Source of the DNA: Pseudomonas luteola NBRC 103146
GTDB lineage: Bacteria > Pseudomonadota > Gammaproteobacteria > Pseudomonadales > Pseudomonadaceae
Length of the DNA: 24,000 bases
Assembly: GCF_002091675.1 (NCBI RefSeq)
Contig: NZ_BDAE01000002.1
Span: 33,481 to 57,480, forward strand
Direction: 5' to 3'
Shown here: piece after piece, positions 1 through 7,862 of the stretch
Layout of the letters: the number at the start of each line of letters is the position of its first letter
Numbering within the stretch: position 1 is the stretch's first letter
The notes under the pieces: model-generated
Database searches by the model: none
Seen by the model: only the letters and a program-made list of their open reading frames with translations
What the model was told of the DNA's origin: nothing
Made by a program: the position numbers and the translations under genes

Positions 1-964
1 GGGCCGTGGTCGTGGTTTTGGCAAAGCAGCGCTCCGGCATGGACGCGGCTTCCAATGCGAGTTCAAGGCCAGGGTCGGCCGTCACGTATTCCTGTGAAAG
101 CCGTTCGTACCATGTCTTCAAGGTGGCGTCGAAAGCGTCGATGTTGTCTGAAGAGATAAGCAGCGTGACTTCAGCGCGGCGGGGTATCGCATTGCTCTTG
201 CCCGAGCCTCCCTGTACATGCGCAACGTGAACATCATGCTTTACCAGCAGATCACTCAGGATGCGGCCCAGCAGCAAGATTGCATTACCACGTGGCGTAT
301 GAATATCCAGGCCTGAATGTCCCCCTTTAAGGCCGCGTACGTGCAGCTTCATGGCTCTTGAGCCGGCAGGAACGTCGCTCCACTGGATCGGAAGACGCAT
401 ATCGCTGCGATTGCCACCCGAGCAGCTGGTAAATAGCAGGCCCTCTTCTTCGCTATCGATATTAAGAAACAAGCGACCCTTCAGGCTGGATGTATCAAGT
501 TTTGAGGCTCCTCTGAGGCCTACCTCTTCCTGGGACGTGAAAATAGCCTCTAGTGGAGGGTGCGGAATGTCGCGGCTTTCCAGCAATGCCAGCATGAACG
601 CCACGGCAATGCCGTTATCGGCGCCCAGGGTAGTGCCATCAGCCTTGAGCAGGTCGCCTTCAATACGCAGCGAGATGGGGTCGCGGTTGAAGTCGATGGG
701 GTTGCCTTCGTTCTTCTCGCACACCATATCGGTATGCCCCTGCAGGATGGTTACAGGCGCATCTTCATAACCAGCGCTACCTGGCTTGCGGATAATGACG
801 TTATCCAAGGCATCACGTTCGGCCTGCAAGCCATGGCGATCAGCAAATGCCATCAAATGATCGGCAACAGCCTGCTCGTGGAAGGAGGGGCGGGGAATAG
901 CGGAAAGTGCTGCGAAATGACGAAAAACTGCAGCCGGGGCAAGATGCTCAACAGAGGCCGACAT
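1..964 (-). CDS. pepD: Aminoacyl-histidine (Xaa-His) dipeptidase PepD, M20 family. The N-terminal ~321 codons are present and the 3' end runs off the window.
   Basis: Absent from the ORF track because it is edge-truncated. A hand translation of the reverse complement from the ATG at 964 gives MSASVEHLAPAAVFRHFAALSAIPRPSFHEQAVADHLMAFADRHGLQAERDALDNVIIRKPGSAGYEDAPVTILQGHTDMVCEKNEG...DGTTLGADNGIAVAF...NIDSEEEG, open to position 1. A GGAG lies 5 nt upstream. The motifs match E. coli PepD as recalled (HxDMV, TTLGADNGIG, DSEEEG). Confidence 0.85.
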   Translation of the reverse strand, partial: MSASVEHLAPAAVFRHFAALSAIPRPSFHEQAVADHLMAFADRHGLQAERDALDNVIIRKPGSAGYEDAPVTILQGHTDMVCEKNEGNPIDFNRDPISLRIEGDLLKADGTTLGADNGIAVAFMLALLESRDIPHPPLEAIFTSQEEVGLRGASKLDTSSLKGRLFLNIDSEEEGLLFTSCSGGNRSDMRLPIQWSDVPAGSRAMKLHVRGLKGGHSGLDIHTPRGNAILLLGRILSDLLVKHDVHVAHVQGGSGKSNAIPRRAEVTLLISSDNIDAFDATLKTWYERLSQEYVTADPGLELALEAASMPERCFAKTTTTA

Positions 965-1070
965 GATGGCTCCAGAAAAAGGAAAACGTTGAGCGTCGGC
1001 TGATGCTGCTGGCGAGTCAAGCAGTTTTACCCATGAAGCACCCGCCAGAGCGCCTCATGAGAAGGGCGGC

Positions 1071-1436
1071 TTACTGGTTCATGCGCTGGCGATAATCCAC
1101 CAGCTCCTTGCCCAGCGCCTCGGTGGCATCCTGAAGCGTATCGATCGGACGCTTGCGGCAATAGTCACTGATCCACTGCATGCGCAGGCCGTCATCCATG
1201 CCTTCTGAAATATTCTTGATTCCACTGCGGGTGGACTCATTGAAGAAGGTGAAATAACCCGACACCCACTCACTGGCATACGGCTTGTCAGCGCTCCAGG
1301 TACTGAGCAGGTCACGGCAGGTCTTGGATCCAATACCCAACGCCTTGATGGGCTCATCCCCATCAGCAGCAAACGCCCCTTGCGCCAAGCTGCTCACCAG
1401 TGCCAGCGTCATGGCTATCCCTGTCATTCGTTTCAT
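1071..1436 (-). CDS. Small secreted or periplasmic protein of unknown function, with two Cys in the mature part.
   Basis: The ORF track gives 1071..1448. The second ATG (1436, MKRMTGIAMTLALVSSLAQGAFA/ADG) is preceded by GAGGA at 5 nt. It has a Sec-type signal peptide with an AFA cleavage motif. I do not recognise a family with confidence. Confidence 0.6.
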   Translation of the reverse strand: MKRMTGIAMTLALVSSLAQGAFAADGDEPIKALGIGSKTCRDLLSTWSADKPYASEWVSGYFTFFNESTRSGIKNISEGMDDGLRMQWISDYCRKRPIDTLQDATEALGKELVDYRQRMNQ

Positions 1437-2032
1437 GGTCGTCCTCATGGGTTGGAAGCAAAAAGCGCTTGGACCTTATAAAGAGTGAAGGATTCGCTGG
1501 CAATCGTAACGTCTAAAATCTGCTTTCAAGTTTGCAGCTTTGTTCATTTACACGAGGCGCTGGCCTATGCTTTAACGACACAGTATTTCAGAAATGGTCA
1601 TCTAGGAAACTAATGCCTTCTGCCATTTGATATGGGTCGGAAAACATGTTCTAGATATTCCAGTAGAAGAAGATGATAAAATATTTTTAAATATTTCGTG
1701 ATTTAAGCGAAGCCTTCAGTAATGAATGAAGGGGCATTTATAGTTTGAGAAAGCGCATGGCACCCTCATATGGCAAAAGCCTTAACAAGAATTAGACGAT
1801 ATAGTCGATCGCTGAATCGTTAGCGACTTTTGTTCGAGCTGGGTAAGCATTATCAGACAAGCAAATATGGCCTCGGTAAGCCAGCACGCTGTTTATAAAG
1901 GTTGGCCAATCGATATCAATTAGATCGGCGTGTATTAGTAATGTACAACTTTTGTAATGTTGTTTGTAAAATGGTGATTCAATTAATTATTGATCGAAGT
2001 CTTTCGGCAGAGTAAGCGATATCTCATTAAGA

Positions 2033-2060
2033 ACGAAACCCGAGTTTCCTCGGGTTTCGT
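2033..2060 (-). terminator. Rho-independent-type terminator downstream of the first OMP gene.
   Basis: A perfect 12-bp stem (ACGAAACCCGAG / CTCGGGTTTCGT) with a 4-nt loop lies 28 nt past the stop at 2088. On the minus strand it is followed by TCTTAAT. Confidence 0.65.
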
Positions 2061-2087
2061 CGAATACGATAGGCGTATAGCCAAGCG

Positions 2088-2846
2088 TTAGAAAGCCAGC
2101 GCTACTTTTGCACCGTATTCATTGGCCTTGAGTTTGACATCGTCGGCGACGTCGAGGTTGTTCTTGAGTTTGTATTCATTATGAACATAGTAAACGCCGA
2201 CCATGACAGGCATGGAGTTGGCACCCTGGTTGAACAGTACACTCATCTCGGCGTACGGATTGGTACGGTCGCGAAGATCAACGCGGTCGCTGCCTACATC
2301 TTCGACCTTGAGGCGAGCCCGGGCGTTGAGCGTGCGGCGTGCACCGGCTTCCAGGCGGAAGGTTGTCGCCTCATCAAACTGATGGTTATAGCCCAGTGCA
2401 GCCTTGGCAAATGCACCTTTGGTGGTCAGCTTGACATCTTCGCCACTGGTATCAGGCTCATAGCGTGTCCAGCCGTAGCCGCCACCTACCAGAGCATCAA
2501 GGTAGTTGGTGTTGTCGATGGCCATGCGCCAGCCAAGATCGACATCGCCTTGAGCTTCCTTGAGTTTATTGCTGTGTCTTTCACCAAACTTGACCTTGGC
2601 TTCGCCTTGATAAATGAAACCTTCCTCGCCGGTCATCTTGTTACCAAAGTTATAGAAGACGCCTCCTTTGCCCATATGGGTTTTATCGGAGCCTACGTCA
2701 GACTCAAGTTTATATTTGCTGTAGCTGCCTAATACACCCAAATTGGAAATAGGGCCGGTATCAGCGGCCATTGCATAGGATGAAGCGATGGTAAAAACAG
2801 CTACGGCAGAAGTCTGAACCCAGCGGGCTCCGAAGAAAGGAAACAT
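2088..2846 (-). CDS. Outer-membrane beta-barrel (porin-like) protein, paralog 1.
   Basis: 252 aa with a signal peptide ending AMA/AD. It shows alternating amphipathic strands and a C-terminal ...YGAKVALAF with terminal Phe, typical of OMPs. GGAGA lies 8 nt upstream of the ATG. It is roughly two-thirds identical by eye to the product of 3337..4095. Confidence 0.8.
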   Translation of the reverse strand: MFPFFGARWVQTSAVAVFTIASSYAMAADTGPISNLGVLGSYSKYKLESDVGSDKTHMGKGGVFYNFGNKMTGEEGFIYQGEAKVKFGERHSNKLKEAQGDVDLGWRMAIDNTNYLDALVGGGYGWTRYEPDTSGEDVKLTTKGAFAKAALGYNHQFDEATTFRLEAGARRTLNARARLKVEDVGSDRVDLRDRTNPYAEMSVLFNQGANSMPVMVGVYYVHNEYKLKNNLDVADDVKLKANEYGAKVALAF

Positions 2847-3075
2847 GATCGACTCTCCTAGATAAAACAGTAAATCGCAACAGGCGCGTATTACGAATGG
2901 CGGCGTTTCTATAGGTTCAAAAAACTAGACGATATGCGTCAATAATCAAGTTGATGTAGTCAATATTTAATTGATGGTATGACCAAATAGGTTTCTGCTA
3001 TTTGTTTTGATGTCAAAATGATTTTCCCTGTACAGTTACATACATGGCTGCATACACATAAAAATTAAGTGAAGT

Positions 3076-3097
3076 GCCGCTTATAAGCCGCTTATAA
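3076..3097. repeat. Perfect tandem duplication of the 11-mer GCCGCTTATAA.
   Basis: GCCGCTTATAA occurs at 3076-3086 and again at 3087-3097, head to tail. It lies in the spacer between the two OMP paralogs, about 230 nt upstream of the ATG at 2846. Confidence 0.9.
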
Positions 3098-3287
3098 AGA
3101 GCAACATAGTTAAAGAATGTTAGCCATAAACCGGACAGTTCATTTAAGTGCAAACACAAGCGGCAAAACGTTAACTAAAGGTAATCGTGCGACGAATGGC
3201 GCATGAGGCTAACGGAGAGAAGCGGAATACTAGGGCGGAGAAAAGCTAAGGTTGAGCAGAAGGGTGGCGAGGTGATCTGTATCGTTT

Positions 3288-3325
3288 TCTTCTGGATGCC
3301 ACCGCTATGGTCAGCATCCAGAAGA
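3288..3325 (-). terminator. Stem-loop immediately downstream of OMP paralog 2. It is a possible terminator or mRNA-stabilising hairpin.
   Basis: The arms TCTTCTGGATGC and GCATCCAGAAGA form a 12-bp stem with a 14-nt loop, 12 nt past the stop at 3337. No U-tract follows on the minus strand (A-rich instead), so it is not a canonical intrinsic terminator. Confidence 0.4.
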
Positions 3326-3336
3326 GGGCTGAAGCG

Positions 3337-4095
3337 TTAGAATGCTACGCCGACTTTTGCACCGTATTCGTCATGCTTGAGCTTGACGTTATCGGCCAGG
3401 GCTAGGCGATCCTTCAACTTATCCTCGTGGTGCTCGTAGTACAGACCTGCTGTAATCGGCAGACCTTTGCCATTCTGGTTGAACAGCATGTCCATCTCCG
3501 CATAAGGATTGGTGCGGTCATGGATATCTACACTTTCGCTGCCTTCATGCTGGACATGCAAACGGGCGCGCTCATTCAGCTGACGACGCACACCGCCTTC
3601 CAGACGCAGGGTGGTGGTGTTGTCGAAGGCATGGTTATAACCCAGGGCTGCCTTGGCGAAAGGCCCTTTTGCGGTCAGGCGTAGATCATTGCCGCTGGTA
3701 TCAGGTTCATAGCGAGACCAGTCGTAACCTGCACCGACAAGCGCATCGACATAATTCTGGTTATCGATTGCCATTCTCCAGCCTAGATCAGCCTGGCCAC
3801 GACCTTCCTTGAGGCGATTACTGTGCTTCTCACCAAACGTGGCTTCAACGCCTGCCTGATAGATAAGGCCTTCGCCGCCGGTCATCTTGTTGCCGTAGTT
3901 ATAGAACACGCCAGCTTTAGGCAGATGTCCATTTTGCGAGCCCAGGTTGGACTTCAGCTTGTACTGATCATAGCTGCCAGTGATACCGGCTGTAGAAATA
4001 GCGCCGCTGGTGTCTGCCATAGCGTGAAAAGAAAAGGCAGCCAATACAGAAAAAATAGAAGAATGAATCCAGCGATTGCGTGCTTTGATAGTCAT
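3337..4095 (-). CDS. Outer-membrane beta-barrel (porin-like) protein, paralog 2.
   Basis: The ORF track gives 3337..4113. The ATG at 4095 (MTIKARNRWIHSSIFSVLAAFSFHAMA/DT) has GGAG 8 nt upstream, whereas the ATG at 4113 has no RBS. Starting at 4095 gives 252 aa, the same length as paralog 1. The C-terminus is YGAKVGVAF. Confidence 0.8.
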   Translation of the reverse strand: MTIKARNRWIHSSIFSVLAAFSFHAMADTSGAISTAGITGSYDQYKLKSNLGSQNGHLPKAGVFYNYGNKMTGGEGLIYQAGVEATFGEKHSNRLKEGRGQADLGWRMAIDNQNYVDALVGAGYDWSRYEPDTSGNDLRLTAKGPFAKAALGYNHAFDNTTTLRLEGGVRRQLNERARLHVQHEGSESVDIHDRTNPYAEMDMLFNQNGKGLPITAGLYYEHHEDKLKDRLALADNVKLKHDEYGAKVGVAF

Positions 4096-4140
4096 AAAGA
4101 TACTCCTGAACATAATGCTATAATGTTACATAGCAGGCTC

Positions 4141-4169
4141 ACTTTAATTCAGACTGAAGTTAATAACAA
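4141..4169 (-). promoter_or_regulatory. Candidate sigma-70 promoter for OMP paralog 2.
   Basis: The minus strand reads TTGTTA-17 nt-TAAAGT. The AGTTAGctatCTAACT palindrome (4174-4189) abuts the -35. This is a sequence-pattern match only. Confidence 0.3.
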
Positions 4170-4483
4170 TAATAGTTAGCTATCTAACTGATAGGTGGTT
4201 ATCGATTGGTTGGGTGAGTATTGGTGCTTCTATACCGCTAGCGCCGGGGCGATAGCGCCTTGACGCAAGTGATACAAGAGTGACATTCGGCAGGAAGCAT
4301 TCTAGGTTTCTCTGCATCCCAGCAGTAAGAGAGCCAGAAGGTTATGATCCCGTTCTGCGCACAAACGACGGGTGCCTGACAGGCTTGGGAGCGGTTCTGC
4401 TAAGCCCGGCCGCTTGATCCATTGAGACGCCAGGGCCGGAACCTGTTTAGTATTGGTCACTTCGCTTAATAGACGAGATAGGG

Positions 4484-6091
4484 ATGTCAGGCAAAAGAAC
4501 AGTTGCCATTGGTTTTATCGGCTCGACGCTGGATCGGGTAGGCCAGGGCGCCAATCGCTGGAGTAAATGGCGTCCAACGGTTGGGCTATGCCAGCAGCAG
4601 GATCTGCTTGTCCACAGGCTTGAGCTGATTCATGGCACTGATGCGCGAGATGTGAACCTTGCTGAGCGGCTGAGAGAAGATATCCATCAGGTATCGCCGG
4701 AAACCGAGGTGCACCTGCATGCCTTGTCGCTACGTAATCCCTGGGATTTCGAAGAGGTGTATGGCGCACTGCATGACTTTGCGGTGGGCTATGCCTTTGA
4801 TACCGAGCATGAGGACTATCTCGTGCATATCACGACGGGCACACATGTCGCGCAGATCTGCTGGTTTCTGTTGACCGAGGCCCGCTACTTGCCTGCAAGA
4901 CTCATTCAAACGTCACCCGCCAGGCGTCGTGATGAAGGCAATGAGGTATCAGGAACCCATGCGCTGATCGACCTTGATTTGTCTCGCTATGACCGTATTG
5001 CTACCCGGTTTCAGCATGAGCGCCTGGAGGGTCTGGCTTTTCTCAAGTCAGGCATTGCAACGCGGAACATGACTTTTAACCGGACCATCGAGCAGATCGA
5101 GCGCGTCGCCCTACGCTCTAAAGCGCCTCTGCTATTGATAGGGCCTACAGGCGCCGGCAAGTCTTTTCTGGCGCGCCGCATTTATGAGCTCAAGCGCAGC
5201 CGACATCAGGTGGATGGACGCTTTGTCGAGGTCAACTGTGCCACGCTCAGGGGCGACGGTGCGATGTCTACCTTGTTTGGTCATGCAAGGGGGGCCTTTA
5301 CTGGCGCACAGAGCGCGCGCGAGGGGCTGCTTCGTGCGGCTGACGGCGGTGTATTGTTTCTGGATGAAATTGGTGAGCTGGGCCTTGATGAACAGGCCAT
5401 GTTGCTCAAGGCGGTCGAGGAAAAGCGCTTCTTTCCGCTGGGCTCGGATAGAGAAGTGACCAGTGATTTTCTACTGATGGCGGGCACGCATCGGGACTTG
5501 CGCAGCCGCGTAGCGGAAGGGCTGTTCCGTGAAGATCTGTTTGCCCGCATCAATCTCTGGACGTTCGACTTACCCGGGTTGGCGGGGCGGCGAGAGGACA
5601 TTGAGCCCAACATTGACTTTGAGCTGGAGCGTCACGCTCGGGAGCAAGGACGCCTGGTGCGCTTCAATCTGGAAGCGCGACGTCGTTACCTGAATTTTGC
5701 CATTTCCAGCGAGGCTGCATGGAGCGGCAACTTCCGCGAGCTATCCGCCTCCATTACACGCATGGCGACTCTGGCGGACAGCGGACGAATCGATGAGGCA
5801 AACGTGCAGGAGGAGATCGACCGGCTGCGCCGTGCCTGGGGGCTTCAGTCGTCAAGCGATGGGCTGGGTCTGCTTCTGGGCGAGCGGACCGAGGAAATGG
5901 ACCTCTTTGATCGTCTGCAGCTCGCGTCTGTCATCCGCATCTGCCAGCAGGCGGATAGCCTGTCTGACGCGGGGCGTCGACTGTTCGGCGTCTCACGACA
6001 GGCCAAGGCCCAGCCGAACGATGCCGATCGGTTACGCAAATATCTGGCGAAGTTCGGCTTGGAGTGGGGGCAGGTAAAAAAGGGGACGTGA
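4484..6091 (+). CDS. rtcR: Sigma-54-dependent transcriptional activator RtcR, with an N-terminal CARF-type regulatory domain, an AAA+ domain and a C-terminal HTH.
   Basis: 535 aa, collinear with E. coli RtcR as recalled (KTVA.GF.G..LD...RWSKWRPT..LCQQ, HITTGTHVAQICWFLL.EARYLPARLIQ.SP). It has the Walker A motif GPTGAGKS, the sigma-54 contact motif GAFTGA, and a C-terminal NDADRLRKYLA.FGL.W. Confidence 0.95.
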   Translation: MSGKRTVAIGFIGSTLDRVGQGANRWSKWRPTVGLCQQQDLLVHRLELIHGTDARDVNLAERLREDIHQVSPETEVHLHALSLRNPWDFEEVYGALHDFAVGYAFDTEHEDYLVHITTGTHVAQICWFLLTEARYLPARLIQTSPARRRDEGNEVSGTHALIDLDLSRYDRIATRFQHERLEGLAFLKSGIATRNMTFNRTIEQIERVALRSKAPLLLIGPTGAGKSFLARRIYELKRSRHQVDGRFVEVNCATLRGDGAMSTLFGHARGAFTGAQSAREGLLRAADGGVLFLDEIGELGLDEQAMLLKAVEEKRFFPLGSDREVTSDFLLMAGTHRDLRSRVAEGLFREDLFARINLWTFDLPGLAGRREDIEPNIDFELERHAREQGRLVRFNLEARRRYLNFAISSEAAWSGNFRELSASITRMATLADSGRIDEANVQEEIDRLRRAWGLQSSSDGLGLLLGERTEEMDLFDRLQLASVIRICQQADSLSDAGRRLFGVSRQAKAQPNDADRLRKYLAKFGLEWGQVKKGT

Positions 6092-6146
6092 AGCGGACAT
6101 GTATTTCCCAAAATGAGCCGTGAGACATGCTGTCAGCCAGCTGTGC

Positions 6147-6695
6147 TCATGGCTCTGAAATAAAATCAGCAGGCACATGCTCTACCAGCCAGACGCCATT
6201 GTCAGCCTGAAAGAATCGATGGCCCTGTTGATCCATATCCAGGGCTCTGATAACCAGCACTACCGGCTGGCCATAACGTTTGCCGACATTGATGGCAGTA
6301 TCGGTATTATCAGAAAGATGAACGTGGTGGCGTGAGCCTGGAATCAAACCTTTCTTTCGTATCGATTCCAGAAAACGGACAGCTGTACCGTGGTACAAGC
6401 GTTCGGGCGGTACTTTTTGGATATGCTGAAGAGTGACCTGTGAGGTGGAGTGACCTTGCGCCGCCCGTATACGCGTTCCGTCGGGCGATAAGCTGAAGCG
6501 CTTTTTATCGTTGCCAACTACAACTTCTCGTATCAGGTGCTCGTTGAGTTCTCGGCCATGTCTGGCTGCGCCTGCGATCAACGTGGTGATCTCAACCCAA
6601 CCTTCGCTATCGAGCGCTATGCCGATTGCCTGAGGCCCGTGCCTGAGGGCGTAACTCAGAAATTTGCTCGTTTCGATAAGCCTCTGATTGCTCAT
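6147..6695 (-). CDS. kptA: RNA 2'-phosphotransferase KptA (Tpt1 family).
   Basis: The ORF track gives 6147..6707. The second ATG (6695, MSNQRLIETSKFLSYALRHGPQAIGI...) has GGAGGA 6 nt upstream. It is collinear with E. coli KptA as recalled (TSKFLS..LRH.P.AIGI.LD.EGW, DKKRFS, RA.QGHST, LYHGTA.RFL, HYVHLS). Confidence 0.9.
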   Translation of the reverse strand: MSNQRLIETSKFLSYALRHGPQAIGIALDSEGWVEITTLIAGAARHGRELNEHLIREVVVGNDKKRFSLSPDGTRIRAAQGHSTSQVTLQHIQKVPPERLYHGTAVRFLESIRKKGLIPGSRHHVHLSDNTDTAINVGKRYGQPVVLVIRALDMDQQGHRFFQADNGVWLVEHVPADFISEP

Positions 6696-6747
6696 CGAGT
6701 CCTCCATTCAGCTGCGTGTATTTCAGCGTAGGCGGGGTAATACAGGC

Positions 6748-6779
6748 ATTGGGCGGTATTGTCTGGCAATCCGCCCAAT
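6748..6779 (-). terminator. Stem-loop between the lipoprotein operon and kptA.
   Basis: ATTGGGCGG and CCGCCCAAT form a perfect 9-bp stem with a 14-nt loop, 13 nt after the stop at 6792. The U-tract is poor. It could be a partial terminator or a processing/stability element. Confidence 0.4.
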
Positions 6780-6791
6780 AAGAGGCTCTGA

Positions 6792-7469
6792 CTAGCGTCC
6801 TGCCATGGGCTCATGGCCGTAGCTGGGCGAGTGTGGGCCTACCAGGATGCCGTTGGGACGGCCAGCCGACAGCAAACGAAGGCTAGTGATTCCGGCAATT
6901 TCATGGCCTTTATCGCTGATCGAGTTCGCAATCTGGTTTATAGCGGCTGTGATCAGTAAATCAATCAGACCGCCACCGCTGTTCTGCTGCTGCTCAGCTG
7001 TACTTGCGCTTGCTGCACCTTGCCAAAGCAATTTGCCGCTGCGCAAATCGACGAGTTTGGCGGAAGCCGTTACAACCGTCTCACTGCTGATGATGGCATA
7101 TGTACTGCCATAGCGGCTGACCTCCACATACATGGCAGCATCTGCGCCAAAGATTTCACGAAGCTTGGCAGGCGGTGCCGCCTGCATTTCGTCAGGGGTT
7201 AGCAGGCCGTTTTCCTTGAAGGTTTCATCCACAAGGGCGACAGGTAAAACGTAATAACCGGCTTCGGCCAGAGGGTAGGTCAGCTGTGAAAGTACGCTGT
7301 ATGTCGCCTTCACATCGGGCGACTTGTTTACGGGCGGCAGAATGACAATAGAAGCCGGTTTGCTTTCCTTAAAGGCCGTGTAGTCATAGGGCTGCTGCTG
7401 GTTAGCGCAACCTGCCAGCAAGCCGAAAGCAGACAGGATAAACAACGCTTTGAGATAAAAACTGCGCAT
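6792..7469 (-). CDS. DUF799-family lipoprotein (GNA1162-like).
   Basis: 225 aa with a lipobox LLAGC at residues 17-21. The region VILPPVN.S.....T...L..PLAE.GYYV.PV is typical of the DUF799/GNA1162 family as I recall it. Its GGAG RBS overlaps the stop of the upstream gene, indicating operon coupling. Confidence 0.8.
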   Translation of the reverse strand: MRSFYLKALFILSAFGLLAGCANQQQPYDYTAFKESKPASIVILPPVNKSPDVKATYSVLSQLTYPLAEAGYYVLPVALVDETFKENGLLTPDEMQAAPPAKLREIFGADAAMYVEVSRYGSTYAIISSETVVTASAKLVDLRSGKLLWQGAASASTAEQQQNSGGGLIDLLITAAINQIANSISDKGHEIAGITSLRLLSAGRPNGILVGPHSPSYGHEPMAGR

Positions 7470-7479
7470 GGGATAGCTC

Positions 7480-7839
7480 CTACTTCTTGAAGTTGCGCAT
7501 CAGGAAGTCCATGTACGCAGTGGACTCTGGAAACAAGGTCTTTTCAGTTTCAAATTGCTGGCGGACCTGATCCATTTTGCCTACTTCGGCGTAGAGCATG
7601 CCTAGCTGTGCGTGATAACCAGGCGCAGGCGTTAGGCCTTTGGAGCGGGCTTGTTGCAAACCGGCCTCCATCGCGATGATTTGCTGTTCAGGGCCGGTTT
7701 CTTTGGTGAAGTGCTGATACACCTGATCCTGATAGCCAGGCCAGTAATAAAGCGATTTGGGCTGTTCAGCGCAGCCGCTCAACAGCGCGATCAAGGTAAG
7801 CGACAACAATGCAGCGCAGGGCTGTAAAACGCTTTTCAT
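7480..7839 (-). CDS. DUF4810-family small lipoprotein (TPR-like).
   Basis: The ORF track gives 7480..7845. The ATG at 7839 has AAGGA 6 nt upstream. It has a lipobox LLSGC and occupies the middle position of the conserved CsgG-like/DUF4810/DUF799 trio. Confidence 0.75.
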   Translation of the reverse strand: MKSVLQPCAALLSLTLIALLSGCAEQPKSLYYWPGYQDQVYQHFTKETGPEQQIIAMEAGLQQARSKGLTPAPGYHAQLGMLYAEVGKMDQVRQQFETEKTLFPESTAYMDFLMRNFKK

Positions 7840-7862
7840 ATCCATTCCTTAGAACGTAAAGC

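Noticed and set aside
351-1003. Plus-strand ORFs 351..770 and 560..1003 from the track.
   Set aside because: They lie antisense to a much better supported minus-strand pepD reading frame (1..964). Their products are low-complexity, Ser/Arg/Ala-rich and have no recognisable motifs.
1793-1801. The 9-mer TAGACGATA recurs in three intergenic regions (1793, 2926, and the reverse complement at 13608).
   Set aside because: A rough expectation shows that some 9-mer recurring three times in a few kb of AT-rich spacer is not unusual. There is no symmetry or consistent distance to the genes.
2088-4095. The idea that the two OMP paralogs are KdgM-type oligogalacturonate porins, prompted by the pectate lyases nearby.
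   Set aside because: The size is similar, but I see no sequence resemblance to KdgM/NanC as I recall them. The genes are also 10 kb from the pel array with unrelated genes between.
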